A stretch of 63,126 nucleotides of DNA, filler included, from Intoshia linei (Eukaryota > Animalia > Orthonectida): the NCBI GenBank assembly GCA_001642005.1. It is 6 parts of 6 records of this genome, joined end to end, with 100 filler letters (N's around TTAATTAATTAA, not from the genome) between each part and the next. Parts side by side here need not be neighbours in the genome. Positions count along the whole stretch, not along the records: positions 30,415 to 45,878 come from LWCA01000911.1; positions 45,979 to 50,908 come from LWCA01001850.1; positions 51,009 to 61,290 come from LWCA01001285.1; 3 more parts are not named here. One strand, written 5' to 3'. The position numbers and the translations under genes are program-made. The notes below the pieces were generated by a model, which was not told where the DNA came from, made no database searches, and saw only the letters and a list, made by a program, of their open reading frames with translations. Shown here piece after piece: positions 38,860 through 52,159 of this stretch (positions are counted from its first letter, which is position 1; each line of letters begins with the position of its first letter).

Positions 38860-40460
38860 ATAGAAGAAGAAGCTATGCGAATCCTGAATATGAAGCTAAG
38901 CACCGAATATTGAATGCGTATCAGAACAGTTATATGAAATTTGTAGCAAATGGCGTAGAAATGAGTACATATTATGGTTGGATTCATAAAGGAGACACAT
39001 CATAGTTGCAAAGAAATGGAGAAAGATTGACAACAATCTGAGAAGAAAACAAATTCGAAAATTGGTAAGTTTTTTTTTAATGTTATGAAAATTTATTAGT
39101 AATTTAGATTGGGTAAGCTAAAACCCACCATCACAGAAATAAAGAAAAAAATTACAGTACAGTAAATGTACAGTAAACCCTCAAAATTTGAACACTTTTT
39201 ACATTAAAGTTAAAACTACAATATTATCATAATTAGCGTAATAGTTAAACTAATTAGTAATCCTAACTTATATAATATGTTACGCGATTTTTGTTTGTGT
39301 GTCTTTCTGTGTGTGTTTGTGTGTGTTACTTTTTTGAAATAACTAGCACTCTTATTTTTTAAAGACCACATTTCAATTAAAGTTTTTAATAAGCAGTTTT
39401 TAATAGCGTATAATAACATAAATTTCAACCTCCCAATTTCACATCTCAAGGGTCAAAAACCCCAGTTGTCCCTCTTTTTGAATATTAAACGAGTTGGAGA
39501 ATTTAAAAAAATTATATCTATTTAATTCTTATCTAATTAGATTTTCAACGTGAATTTATGTTTTTGGTATAATAAAAGAGTGCCCTCGGCAGAGCTAGGT
39601 GCTGTTTGTACGTAGTACAAAACTGCAAAGCTGGTTACTTTATATTTAGTGTTCTAATAATAAAGCAAGAATTTTAATTTGATATGGCTTGCATTTATTA
39701 TTACAAATTATCACTGGCTTGTACTAGATCACATAGTTACCTTCAGTGTTCAAAACAACCAATTTCATTCAACCCGTTGACTAATTTGTTAGTTTGAATG
39801 GGTTATTGTTTATATTATTGCATAATGCAAAACTAATAACAATAAAGTTATCATTTTTTTTAAAAAAGGGTTAATTATTTTCAGGCGGAGAAAATTACAA
39901 CATTTTGTAAATTTTTTTTGATAATTATGTTCTAAATAACATTTGGAACTCAGTAAAATATACTTTTTTAATTCAACAAAAAGTGTCAAAAGTGCACACT
40001 TTAATATACATGTACGAATCGTGGCAGACCGCACTTAAATTTAAAATGCGCCGCAAGTTTTACACGGTTGATGTATATTATACATATTAATTAATTAATA
40101 ACCAATGATAATTAACTTATAAGACGATTTTAGGGCGACCTATGAAGGAAACTATATGTACAGTAAAAATATCATCTGCTCTGGAACCGATATTCATATA
40201 ATTGACGGTATTTCACAATCGAATATGATATACTGGGGAAAAAGGCGCAGATCATTGAAAACATCAGATTGCCACGAATAGTTATTACGCTGTGTAATTA
40301 CGATGTGATACGATTATCACAAATATCAATAGTCTTTGATAATTCTCCCGTTTACTCACAACTTGTGTTGTATATGTGTTGATATCATCAGAGCTAAATC
40401 TAATAGCCTCTTAAACCTGTTGATCAAATATAGAGCATCGTTAAATCTTTAATGAAACAA
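38860..40460 (+). pseudogene. Degenerate Tc1/IS630 transposase interrupted by later insertions
   Basis: HTH-like AKHRILNAYQ...NGVEMSTYYGWI (38890-39000); catalytic-region relics IHIIDGISQSNMIYWGKRR, IVFDNSP and PLKPVDQI*SIVKS (40190-40460). Confidence 0.55.
39261..39634 (+). mobile_element. Helitron-like family, short copy with both ends
   Basis: A|TCCTAACTTATATAATATG ... GCTGTTTGTACGTAGTACAAAACTGC-AAAG-CTGG|T. Confidence 0.75.
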
Positions 40461-40833
40461 AATTTATTTTCCCAAATAGAACAAATGATGACTCACCACT
40501 TAAAATAATTATCATTAGAGATACCCGACTACAAAAATTCGAAAAAGTAATATACCAACCAATCCCGTAAATTAAAACATTAAAATGCTTTACACTTAGA
40601 CTTTAAAGAATTGCATATATAATAATAACATAATAATAACGTCTTGATATACACCAAATAAACAATATGAACTAAATAGACTTACAAAGTTGTTTCTGAT
40701 AATTTGTTGCGGATTCGTTTTTTCTAGTTTGTTTTTATAATTTATATAAAATTAAAATATTTATAGTGTTTAATTCTTTAATACTCATCAGTAATGATGG
40801 ATCATCAATTTCATGACAATGTAATGTTTAATA

Positions 40834-42330
40834 TCCTTATTTATATAAATACAAAATTTCGAAAAATATGATTTTGTTTGAGTGTGTAACTATTTATTCA
40901 GAAAACCGACAGCTGGATACATTTAAAAAAATAAAAATTCTAAGTCATCCTTTTTCTGGTGCAGAAAGTACGAAAATTTTCAATTCCATAAACTGCCATT
41001 TTCATGATAAAAAACACTAATTTCATTTTTTTTAAAAATAAAAATACTTGAATTTTAATATTTATCTTATAACGTTCATTATATTTCAATAACCAATATT
41101 ACGGAAATTCAAATCAATTTCAAATTTAATATGAAATGAAATCCATGTAATCTAACCAGTTTATATATTCATAGACCTACCGTTCATTTTTTTTTACTGA
41201 ATTTAAAATTTTAAATGGCATATTTTCATTTATTATTTGTTAATACAGTGATATCTTGATTTTGTCACGTTAGATTACTTAAATTTTAGTTTATTTAGAA
41301 ACAATTTTAAACAAAAAATATTTTTTGCAATCATATATATGTAATTTTAGCTTTACATTTAACTCCAAATAATCTAAAATTGGAGTAATCGAACGTGACT
41401 AAATGGAGATATCACCGTATTATAATTGAAAATATATGGCGTATATTTTATTGTTAAAATATAAAATATTATTTGGTGGTATTATTTACATATCAAAGAA
41501 AAATTAGATAAAATTACAACTAAATCTCTTTGATTCACAATTAAAGCAGCTTGATAGCGGACATATTTATTCTAAAATATATTTAACATTTTATATAAAA
41601 TTTTAATTTAGATTAAATCTGTTTTAATCAAATTAAAAAAGGCCTGCGGCAGAGCTAGCTATTGTTTTTACAAAATACAAAACAAACAAACTAGTCCTTT
41701 ATACATTTGAATGTATAAAATTGAATGTTTCTGAGTGTGTGTTACCGTATATTTAAAATACTATGAATCTTAAAACTAAGAAATACACAATTTATAATTG
41801 AGTTTTTCAAGAATGATTTTTATCGCACATTTTACTTTCAGAAATTTAGGCCTTCATGGTCAAAACCCAAAATTACCAGTATTTTAAAAAATATAATCAG
41901 TTCATAATTTTTAAAAAACATTAAAACAATGCTGGGACGCGTTTTAAAATGTATTTAGTATATTATATAATAATAGTATCTTTTAATTGGTAGTAAATCT
42001 CAACCTCAGAAACTTATTTTATCTCCGTCAAACCCCAAAATTGCTCTTTTTTTAAATATTAAAAGAGTAGTTGAATTTTATAAAACATAAATTCTGGGAT
42101 ATTCCTTAAAATCATTTTCATCACCATAAATTGCAACCTCAAAAACTTGCCGTTTCCAGATAAAAACCCAGATGACCCTTTTTAGAAATTGTATGAATTT
42201 TTTGGTGGTCTCGAGTTGGTAGGTTCAGCTCTGGTTGCAAGTTGCAACTATAATGGCACAGTTTTTAACATTATGCACTCATTGTCTATAATCAATTAAA
42301 AATCGACCTCAGCATAGCTAGCTGCTATTT
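40834..42330 (+). mobile_element. Two diverged Helitron-like copies head-to-tail (40834-41694 and 41695-about 42330)
   Basis: The first starts A|TCCTTATTTATATA and ends hairpin-CTAG at 41694, immediately followed by TCCTTTATAC...GTGTGTGTTACCGT. Confidence 0.6.
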
Positions 42331-43039
42331 ATAGGAAGTTTAAGTTAATAAATTAAGTATTTAGTATGTAAAATTAACCTGAAAAAGTGCTTTGTAAACA
42401 TAATCTTGATCTTTAATTAATAAATTATTTTGATTTTCAGTGATTTGAGATGGAAAACAACTTCTTTTTAAATCTGAACCATCATTTTTAAACATGTTCA
42501 TGAAAACATCAACTAAAAATTCATTTTATAATAATATAAAATAGTATAACGCAATGTATAATATATTAGGGTGTTTCACATTTTGAAAAATTAAGGTTTT
42601 AAAACTACTTTAGTGTACATTGTTAAATTTTATCCCCTTCCTTAAGAACGATAAAAGGACTATTATATACGTCTTCTTTATCTGTTAGTGTTCTTGTAAG
42701 GGAGATCAAGAAAATTTTTATCGCCATTGAATTTCTTAAATTTTAATACATAGTTTCTATAATAAAAACAGTATAGTAAGTCAGCTGTCGACCTGGTGCA
42801 ACTGGAAATTGTAGGTCCATGAAAATTATTTTTTAAAAATGGGATGTCTATACATTATTTAATGCATTGTTTATTGTCTAAAAATAAATTGTAAAAAAAG
42901 AAATATGAATAAAATTTTTGGTTATAACACCAGGCCATTCGATTCCGTTTCATAATTCTATAATTGGGGACCACATATGGCCCTCGGTCGCATAATTTAG
43001 ACCCTGGTCTATATCAAATGGGATAATTTCAATCACATA

Positions 43040-43965
43040 ATCTTCCTTTAAGAAAATGTTCCATATAACTTGTTGGTTACTTTTGTTATTTTATTTTATA
43101 AAATTTTAAAAAATAGAAAAATTTACTTTGATCAATATCTCCATCAAAAATTTCAACACAACCATTCAAATTTGAATTGTGTTCCATTTCTAATTTGAAC
43201 GAATTTGTTCGATCTTTAGACCTTTCAGTAAGAGGATTTATACCACCATTGCGTACATTAAAACTTCTAAATAATATAGCATTCCGTTGGGCAACAAAAC
43301 GAGAATCTATCATTAATTCGTTGACAAAATTTGAATCCATCGTTTCCCACTGAATGTCTACATTTGAATCAAAATTGTCAGTTTCATTTTCTGTAGTAGT
43401 ATCCATCCTAAATGTAGGAATTATTATGTACACTTAATGTCAGAAACAAAAATTGTTATCATGTTTTGCATAAAATATGTTAATATAATATATTATGTCG
43501 CATATTAACATTTTTATAGATAAATTTTATTTTTAAGTACATTGATTTCCGTCTGATATAAATAATGTGTGAATGTCTGAAATTTAGACTCTGAAGTATA
43601 GAGTCTGAACTCACAGCAATATGAATATCGTCATATAAAATGTGTTCTAACGTACGATTCATTTATATTTTGTAAGTCTCAGTAGGATACTCTTATTCAT
43701 GGAAAAGAAACCAGTGTATATTTTAATACCCAAAATTATCCACATTATTGATGGAATTTGCATGTTGCACATGTTCTTCAGCTCTGACATTTTGACTTCT
43801 TCTTTCCGAGCCATTTTGACTAAGAATATTATCACTATCATAAGTGGTAACATTGAGTGATTGCGGTTTATAAAATAACTGAGCCGAATTATGATAGGTT
43901 GAACTACTTGTCTGTCTTGCTGATCTTTCCAATGAATATATGGGTTTCCTGTCTTGATTTTTTCT
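43040..43965 (-). CDS. Exons of an unidentified hydrophilic protein; structure not resolved
   Basis: Open frames at about 43965-43730 and 43407-43128 have AG/GT boundaries and coding-like composition; no family motif recognised. Confidence 0.4.
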
Positions 43966-44377
43966 ATATTTTTAAATTTTAGAAATTATATATCAGTAAT
44001 GGTGAAAATACACACTTGAAGTATTTTTTAAAACACTTCGAAAAATCTACACCTTAACAATTAATTTTATAGATAATAATAAAAAAATAATAAATATTAA
44101 TAAAAACAAAATCGTGGTAAAAATAGATTCAATTGCTCATCATTAAAATCTACAAGCTCTGTTCAATGAAAATTGTTCATTCAATTGAAAAACTTGCTGA
44201 ACAATGTTACTCACTTTCTCCTAGATACGTAAAAAATTTAGCTTTGTTTCAATTGGAGGAGCTGAATGACAATTATTTTATTAAAAAAAACCAGAAAATA
44301 AATTTCGAATAGAATCTAGAAATTAAGTCACCACCTTTGATTTGGTTGACATCACTGTTCTATTTAATACAAAGGTA

Positions 44378-45200
44378 TATATGTTACCGTCCGTTTGGAG
44401 TTTCAGTCATTATGAAGAATTTCTTTAATTTTAAATTTTTTCAATATCCATCATTCAAAAATTCACTTTTACCAACCCTTATTAGAAAAATCCAATTTTA
44501 CCAACCCTTATGGAAAAAATCCACTTTTCCCAATCTTTGTTGAAAAAATCCAATTTTACCAACTCTTATGGGAAAAATCCACTTTTCCTAACCCCTATAT
44601 TTGTAAATATTATATAGACGTCAATTAAAGTTAAACTTTTATCAATAATGTAGTATTGTTAACGATATTATGTGGTTATAAAATATAATACATAAAATAT
44701 TTGTGGATTATTAATAATTAAACCGGAAAATGAATACTTTGATTTTGATTAATATTAATTGCAATAAACTATGTAATCCTATTTACGTAAATCCTGATAG
44801 TTAGACATCAATCAGACACCAATTATTCTTGTTTCATTGTTATTAATTCAACATAAACAATTCATTTAATTTGATTTTAAACGATATGTACCAATGATAT
44901 GTACAAAACTTCGGTGATTAATAATGAAAACAGAAAAGACAATTTTGATACTAACTTATAAACGTGTTATTTTTTTACTTATAATTGTTTCAAATTTAAC
45001 ATCAAACAGAAGGTTTGGTATAAGTGGATTTTTCCCATAAGGATTGGGAAAAAGGGATTTTTTCCATAAGGGTTGGTAAAAGGGAATTTTTGAATGATGG
45101 ATATTAAAAAAATTTAAAATTAAAGAAATTCTTCATAATGACTGAATCAGTGATAACGGACTGAAGAATGACTGAAAATCCAAACGGACGGTAACATATA
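44378..45200. mobile_element. Foldback-type element with long modular TIRs
   Basis: Inverted termini TATATGTTACCGTCCGTTTGGA extend about 170 bp and include a 29-bp unit (AAAAATCCAMTTTTMCCAACCCTTATGG), five copies on the left and three on the right. No ORF. Confidence 0.8.
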
Positions 45201-45619
45201 CAATATAATAAAAATTTTGATCATTTTATAAGATTAGAGATATGTTAATTTTTAGATTTATAATCAAAAATTTATCCTAAAAAAAATTTTGTATTGACAA
45301 TAATAATCATCAAACCACCGTAAAATAATCTCATAAATATTAAATTTAATTAAAAAAATTTACGATGCAAAATTTCCAATAAATTTAATTAAGTTTAATT
45401 TTTAACTAATTATAATTAAAATACACATTTTTTTCAATAGTTTGAATTAAATTTAACATTAATTTATGGAACTATTTCATCAAAAAACAATGTACATTTA
45501 GAAAATACACATTTCAAAATAATGTTTTTAAATTAAGAATTTAAATTTATATCGGCCAACTCTGGTGAAAATTAGATTAAGTTAAATTTAATCTAATATA
45601 TTTACAGTATATGTAGTTT

Positions 45620-45760
45620 ATATACTAGTGCGCGTCACATAATTAGCATAAAATATATTTTTTTAAAGTTGGATGAGTTAAGTGTATATAATATTTGATA
45701 TTGAAGATGAATCTACTAAATTATTTTTTCGTAATGTATACATGTGTATTTTCTATAAAA
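45620..45760 (+). repeat. Dispersed repeat of about 135 bp; second copy at 60877-61012
   Basis: Near-identical atactagtgcgcgtcacataattagcataaaat...gaagatgaatctactaaattat. Confidence 0.8.
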
Positions 45761-46123
45761 TTTGTGAAAATAGGGGGATAATTATGTGTTTAAGATATTA
45801 AGAATTAATATTTAGTGAAAACACTTTGTGTCACATAATTAGAATAACCAATTTTTTGTCTTATAAAATTAGAATAAANNNNNNNNNNNNNNNNNNNNNN
45901 NNNNNNNNNNNNNNNNNNNNNNTTAATTAATTAANNNNNNNNNNNNNNNNNNNNNNNNNNNNNNNNNNNNNNNNNNNNCTTATTTATAGGAAATAGTACA
46001 TAATACTATGAAACTAATAAAATATTTAAAAAATGTTCCAAAAAGCGAGGGTGTCCGCTGTCGAGGTTCGCCCCAAACCGGGGTCGATCTGTATCACTAT
46101 ACGAAATATTCCATATTTATTAC

Positions 46124-49100
46124 CTATATCATTCAAACTAAATACCACGTCAGATACTTGCAATGTATTCATATTTTCGTCAAATGATGGTTTTTTTATA
46201 TTTTGCCGGGCGCACAATATTTTGAGTATATTATAAGGTAAATTTGTATCTCGCCATTTATTGACACCGGATCTAGATAATCATTACATTTTCAAAAGTA
46301 GGATTATAATTTGTCGGTTAATTAAGATTTTGAATTGAACTGATTCACCTTTTCAATAATTATAATTATAATATTCTGAAAATTTACGTGCAATACGATT
46401 TGGCTACACCAACAGTTCCATAATATTTACTAAGGTATCTTTTTTCTAAATCAATTTTTGTTTGTCCAATTGTGTCTAATTATAATTTATCTAAAAAAAC
46501 TATTTAGCATACCATTTTTTGAAATTAAGTCATAGTCTTTTACAATAACCGTCAAATCTTTCTGTAGTGGCATTGTTATATTAAGTTCGAAAAAACTAAG
46601 TTTTACATGAAATTTCTATTGCCTGTTATTATAATTTATTCATTTTACCTGCCAAAAGTTGGATTGAGAGTAGATATTTCATGATTATCTACATTTTCCA
46701 TTCTTTTATTTCCAATTTTAATTTTTATATAAGGATCAGCCTGAAACATTTTGAATAAAACTATCAATATAAATGAATCAAAAAACTTACTTTTCCAAAA
46801 TTGTCAGAAGGAGTTAACTCTGTGGCTTTTATTATGTATACTCGGATGAGAAATTCCTGTATTTTAGATACGGGCAAACTGGATACGTCAATTTTTGGTG
46901 GAATATTTGGATTTTTTTCGATTGGATAAATGAAAAATTTTGCCTATACAATTAAAAGATATTTTTTTAATTAAAACGTTCAGTTCTCCGATTGTTTGAT
47001 CATCATTTTTGTCTGAACTGGATTTTCCTGTGTAGAGAGCTAAAGAGTTGCAAAAATCATTGAAATTGTCAAAATTTTCTTCCAAGCAATTATTATAATT
47101 CTAATAATATTAGTAAATGTATTATAATATAATATTATGTACTGTCATTTTTTCAAACCCCATATTTAAATAATTTCCAATTATTTTTGTATCAGAATTT
47201 AAATATTTACACCACCATGATAAATCTACTTCCTTAAGATATATTTCTTCCTAAATATAATAATGATCGATTTTATTACTATCACTTTTTCAATTTTTGT
47301 TAGTTCTTTTTTTTTAAATTTTTCTAATTGTTTTGTATCCGGGTCCATATTAATAATACTGTACACTTTCTCTAAATATTGATATTATTAAAATTTTAAT
47401 AATTACCATCTTTATTTTGAGCTGTCTTGAGAATTTGATTATCTGGGTTGTGAATAAATTCTTCTATGTTTAATACGCTGTGAATTCCAACACAAGGTTT
47501 TCGACCAAATGATCGATTATCATAAACCTAAATGATATCAATACGAAATACTAAATCTTACTTTTATATTAAGAGGAGGGATATATTTGTGTACTTCTGG
47601 TAACATGATGTCTTGCGTAATGTGAGGGTTCGAAAAATTTAACTGTTTTTTGATGTCTTTGATTTTTTCAAATTCAATGACTGTACCATCTATTTCAAAT
47701 TTCACTGAAGGTGAAGTTACATCCGTCAATTGGAATTTTTTCATATTTCGTACACCCCAACACAATATTTCAATGCGGTATAGTTTTAAATTTGGTTCCA
47801 CATTACTAGAAATTACATAATATTTAGAATCTATTTTTGGAGGTATGGTAGGATAATTTTCTGGTTGCATTACTAGTAAATCTGCACTAATCAAAATCTG
47901 ACCATTGATTTCGCTCATATCATTGATACTTGTATGTATATTATACCAATTCAATTGACTGTATTCATTAATATTTTTTTCAGTTTTTATCAGTGGGATA
48001 AATTCAGTAAAACCTAAAAATTCATCTCGACCTAATTGATCTTTGTCGTATATTTCAACGTAGACTCGTGGTTTTTCTTGGTTTTCAAGTAGGACATTTT
48101 GAAATAGTTGTATCTGTGAAATAATTAGTGTTTGTCTCCATTTAGGAGTAATTGACTTTTCTACAGTTTTTGAAATTGCAGTTTTGTTTAAAAAAGACAC
48201 TCGAGTGTAGGGATCTAAAGTCAATTTTATTTTTCCAAACTAATTAACAATATTATTAACCTGCTAAACCCGATTCATCTAGTCCTTTTAATCCTCTTGC
48301 TTGACATAAATATATTCTCAATTCGGCAGTCATTTGGACTAAGATATAATTAACAACTCAAAATTTAATTTACTGTTTGGTCTTAAATAGACAGAAGGAG
48401 TGTATAGAACCTTATCATCATCTTCATTCTATTTGTTTATGATTAATCCAATATAATATTTATTACTTTCACCAAGAATCTGCAGTCAGATGTTCCTACA
48501 TTTCTGATTAAATCTCGCTTCCATCTACGTCGACGACATACATCCATTGACTTTTTTCTTCTGTGAAAATTGGTAGTAAACAATAAAGAATACTCCCAAT
48601 TTCCACTGTCGGAATCACTACTATTAGACTGTTTGCTTCTGTCTTTGTTGTATGGATCTGAATTTTCTTTTCTCACTCTAGTTCTAATTAGTCTCTTCCT
48701 TCTCCTATCGATAAAAATTTCTCAATTATAAATTAACTAATGGTTTACCAATAATGATACATACGTTGAGACGAAACCCAACTATCACTGTCTTTGTCTA
48801 TACAATACTCCCATCCTGAAAGAAACATTTTATAATAAATAATTATTTAATATAATTAATACAAGTTTGCATAACTCAGAATTATCCAATCTATTTAAAT
48901 ATCCCTCGTTTAAATCAGCATACATGTATAAAGTTTCAATAAAATATATTATATTTAAATTTTATTTATATTTATTATTATAACTTATATTTATTATATT
49001 TTAACATGAATAATTCTATACCGTTTGGATCAACTGCCCTATATTTATCAATCATCCAATCATTAGACCACATCCAATTTTTTGATTTTTTAAAAACTTC

Positions 49101-50025
49101 ATCTATTTCTTTGGGAGACTTACTTATTTTTCCATTCTATGGTAACATTATAATTAATAATAATTTTATAGTTATTATATATAAATATATTAACATTCAT
49201 TAGTACCACATCAGTAAAAACTTTGTTTTCTAATATAACCCATTCACCTGTATCCGACAAGTATTCGTTTAAAAATACTTCCTCTATATAAGATTGATAA
49301 CCAGCGTCCTCAGAATATGCTGAACTGAATTGATTAATCTTACATTCACTGTATTATTTACCTAATGGAGGGTTTAACATCCCATTCAGTAGACCATTCC
49401 CACCCATTTGGCGGTGAAAATGATTCTTTTTTTAATTTGAGCTAAATATTTAAATAAACATATTCATTTTTTAATCTTATTAAATGCGTTCTATTCTCAT
49501 TATCGATACTGCGTATAAAAAAAATTTGGCTCCTCTATCCAGATATAATTTAATTCAATTTTTTTCTTAATATTTCATACACTAATCTATACTTTGCTTA
49601 ATATCAAAGTTATTCACATTTTAATATTTCCATTTTGTGTGACCATATGGTCCCATTGGGAAAAATGGGTTAATATAATAAAAGTTTAATTTATTTAGAT
49701 GGCATTATTTATTTAGTTAATTAATAATATAATAATAATTTGATACACTTAATAAATTAACTTTGTACGAATTTCGCTACACATTTTTCAAATCAAAGTT
49801 AATTTTAAATTTAAAATAAGTAGTATACGTATATTATTATTTAGAATGAATACTTCATGTGAACTGTATAATAATTTATTCAACCTATGGGAAATCACTC
49901 AGATCTGATTGTATACGAATATTAAATTATATATTAAATTATACCTCTCCTGTAATATCCGACCATTTAGGTCTTGTGGGAATATTACTTATCCATTTTC
50001 CTAATATACAAATTTCGTTTTGATA
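46124..50025 (-). CDS. Ferlin (myoferlin/dysferlin type, DysF-containing), internal fragment bounded by gaps
   Basis: YQNE...RPKWSDITGE, PPNGWEW, DysF motifs GWEY and RRRRW, C2 domains (QARGLKGLDESGLADPY, YDKDQLGRDEFLG, LCWGVRNMK, DPYIKIK, KDYDLIS, IGQTKIDL) and SGVNKWRD. Confidence 0.88.
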
Positions 50026-51008
50026 CTAAAAATTATAATTACTTTTGATGTAGTTTAGTAATATAGTTTATATAATTTAGTAAAATAGTTATCTTACTAA
50101 AAAAATATTAAAAATATAAGTAAAATGCTAGTTTTTGTTATGAAAATTTAAAAAAATAACTAACTAATTAATTATCTTAGAAGAATTAGACTATTTGAAA
50201 TCAATGTTTACATCAAGTGCAAAACCTTCTATACTAATACTCCTATTCGTGACCTCGACAAAATTTTTGGTAAAATGAGACCATTAAAAAAATAATATTC
50301 TTGTATATTTCACTACTCAACACTGAAAAATAGATGTACATAAAAATAATACCATTTTGTAGATAATTTAACGCTAATTTCAATAATATATAATATTTAT
50401 ACGGTTTGGATGAAATACTACATTTATTAACACTTTTAATGTTGAAAAAATAGAAGTATAATTAATAATTATACTTATTATTATAATAATTAAATTAATA
50501 ATTTAATTAATTATTAATTATACATGTACATCATGACTATGTTGTGTATTAAATTCAAATGAAATGCCTTGGATAAGACATATATGACACTAAACCACGT
50601 ATTTTTTAATCTATAAAATTTTTTTAAGGCCTATTTTTCATTATCGGGGCCTTGAGCTTCGTAGGTTTGACATACTGCATAGACTGCATACATCAATAAA
50701 AATTATATAAATTCCAAGATCACTTCAATTTATAAAATTTAAAAAAGTTTTAACTAATTTTATTTTTAAATTTAATTTTATACTTAGTATTTTATGATAC
50801 ATATAATCCTATTACAGTTCGACCCCGCCTTTTGGGACACTTTTTAAATATTTCATTAGTTTCATAGTATTATGTACTATTTCCTATAAATAAGTGTCAA
50901 ATAAACCTNNNNNNNNNNNNNNNNNNNNNNNNNNNNNNNNNNNNNNNNNNNNTTAATTAATTAANNNNNNNNNNNNNNNNNNNNNNNNNNNNNNNNNNNN
51001 NNNNNNNN

Positions 51009-51224
51009 GTTGGTGGTTCTTTCAATCAAACCAAGAAGCAAATATGCTTTAATGGAAAAATGAAAAACATTGATTTGGCTGGCTATAAACCAATATTCTC
51101 TCCCAGTTATTACGAAAAGTATTGCTGGCCAAATTATTTTAATGTTCCGTCCAACATTACTTGTGATGATATTAAAAGACCATATCAAAAAATTCGTTCA
51201 AAATCAAATTCGTGTTCATTATAA
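51009..51224 (+). CDS. 3' end of a gene truncated by the gap; weak laminin-G-like pattern
   Basis: 71 open codons from the gap edge: VGGSFNQTKKQICFNGKMKNIDLAG...CWP...CSL*. Confidence 0.4.
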   Translation, partial: VGGSFNQTKKQICFNGKMKNIDLAGYKPIFSPSYYEKYCWPNYFNVPSNITCDDIKRPYQKIRSKSNSCSL

Positions 51225-51452
51225 ATGTATAATATTGTCTCAATATTAAGCAATAAATATATTTTGTAGTATTTTATTCATATTTAAATCAAACACCGTT
51301 ACCCATAATATACAATAAAAATTTCTAGTTTGAAATAGTATGTCGTTTTGAATCACAAAAAAATAATAGTATGGGAATAATAAATATTTTTTACGTTGTA
51401 AAAAGTATGGCGACTTGAAAACAAATCAAATATCGATGAAATAATAAAATTA

Positions 51453-51580
51453 CTATGTTGACTGTTATGTACAACGTACAAACAGCACTTAGCTCTGCCG
51501 AGGGCACATTTTTATTCTACCTAAAAAAATAAATTCACGTTGATCAACTAACTTAAAAATTCTACTATTCACTATTATCA
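51453..51580 (-). mobile_element. Helitron-like family 3' end fragment
   Basis: Reverse complement reads gtgccctcggcagagctaagtgctgtttgtacgttgtacataacagtcaacATAG|T. Confidence 0.7.
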
Positions 51581-52159
51581 TATATATACATAATACTATA
51601 GAATCTATAGTATCACGTAATAATAAAAAATTTTAAATTCGCTTACAATCATCTAAAATTTTTGTATTCACCACTTGGGGTGACTAGTCAACCCCATGAG
51701 AAGCACTGGATTAATCCTACTATTGCTATTTATTCAGATTCAGATAAATGACAAATGTGGTGTTAATTTATGAGTGAAATAAGGATTAATTTAAAATTAT
51801 AAATTAAAACTTGCTGATATTAAAATTTAAAGAAATCTACTTTATTAGACCTAAAATTTAGGTCCAGATTAAATTTTTTCAACGTCGAAGTAAATTTTGT
51901 GCGGCCGTACTATCAATGAGTAAACTACCATTGTGACTGAATTGCTTCAAGGTTATTCACCCCTGATCTATACAATAGACTATAGCATGGTACCCCATTC
52001 TCGTGTACGCGGCAGGGTCGTGAAGAGGTAGCAGTAGGCTTAGGCCAGATGGAAATTGTAGGCCCATTTATAATTTTTTTTTTAAATTGGAAAACATAGA
52101 AAGCATACATTAGTGCAAAAATAACATTTTGTGTATAATACTAAGAGTAGTGTGCTGCA

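Noticed and set aside
44457-44600. 29-bp direct repeats resembling a CRISPR array
   Set aside because: No unique spacers, mirrored in the opposite arm of a foldback element, eukaryotic context and no cas genes.
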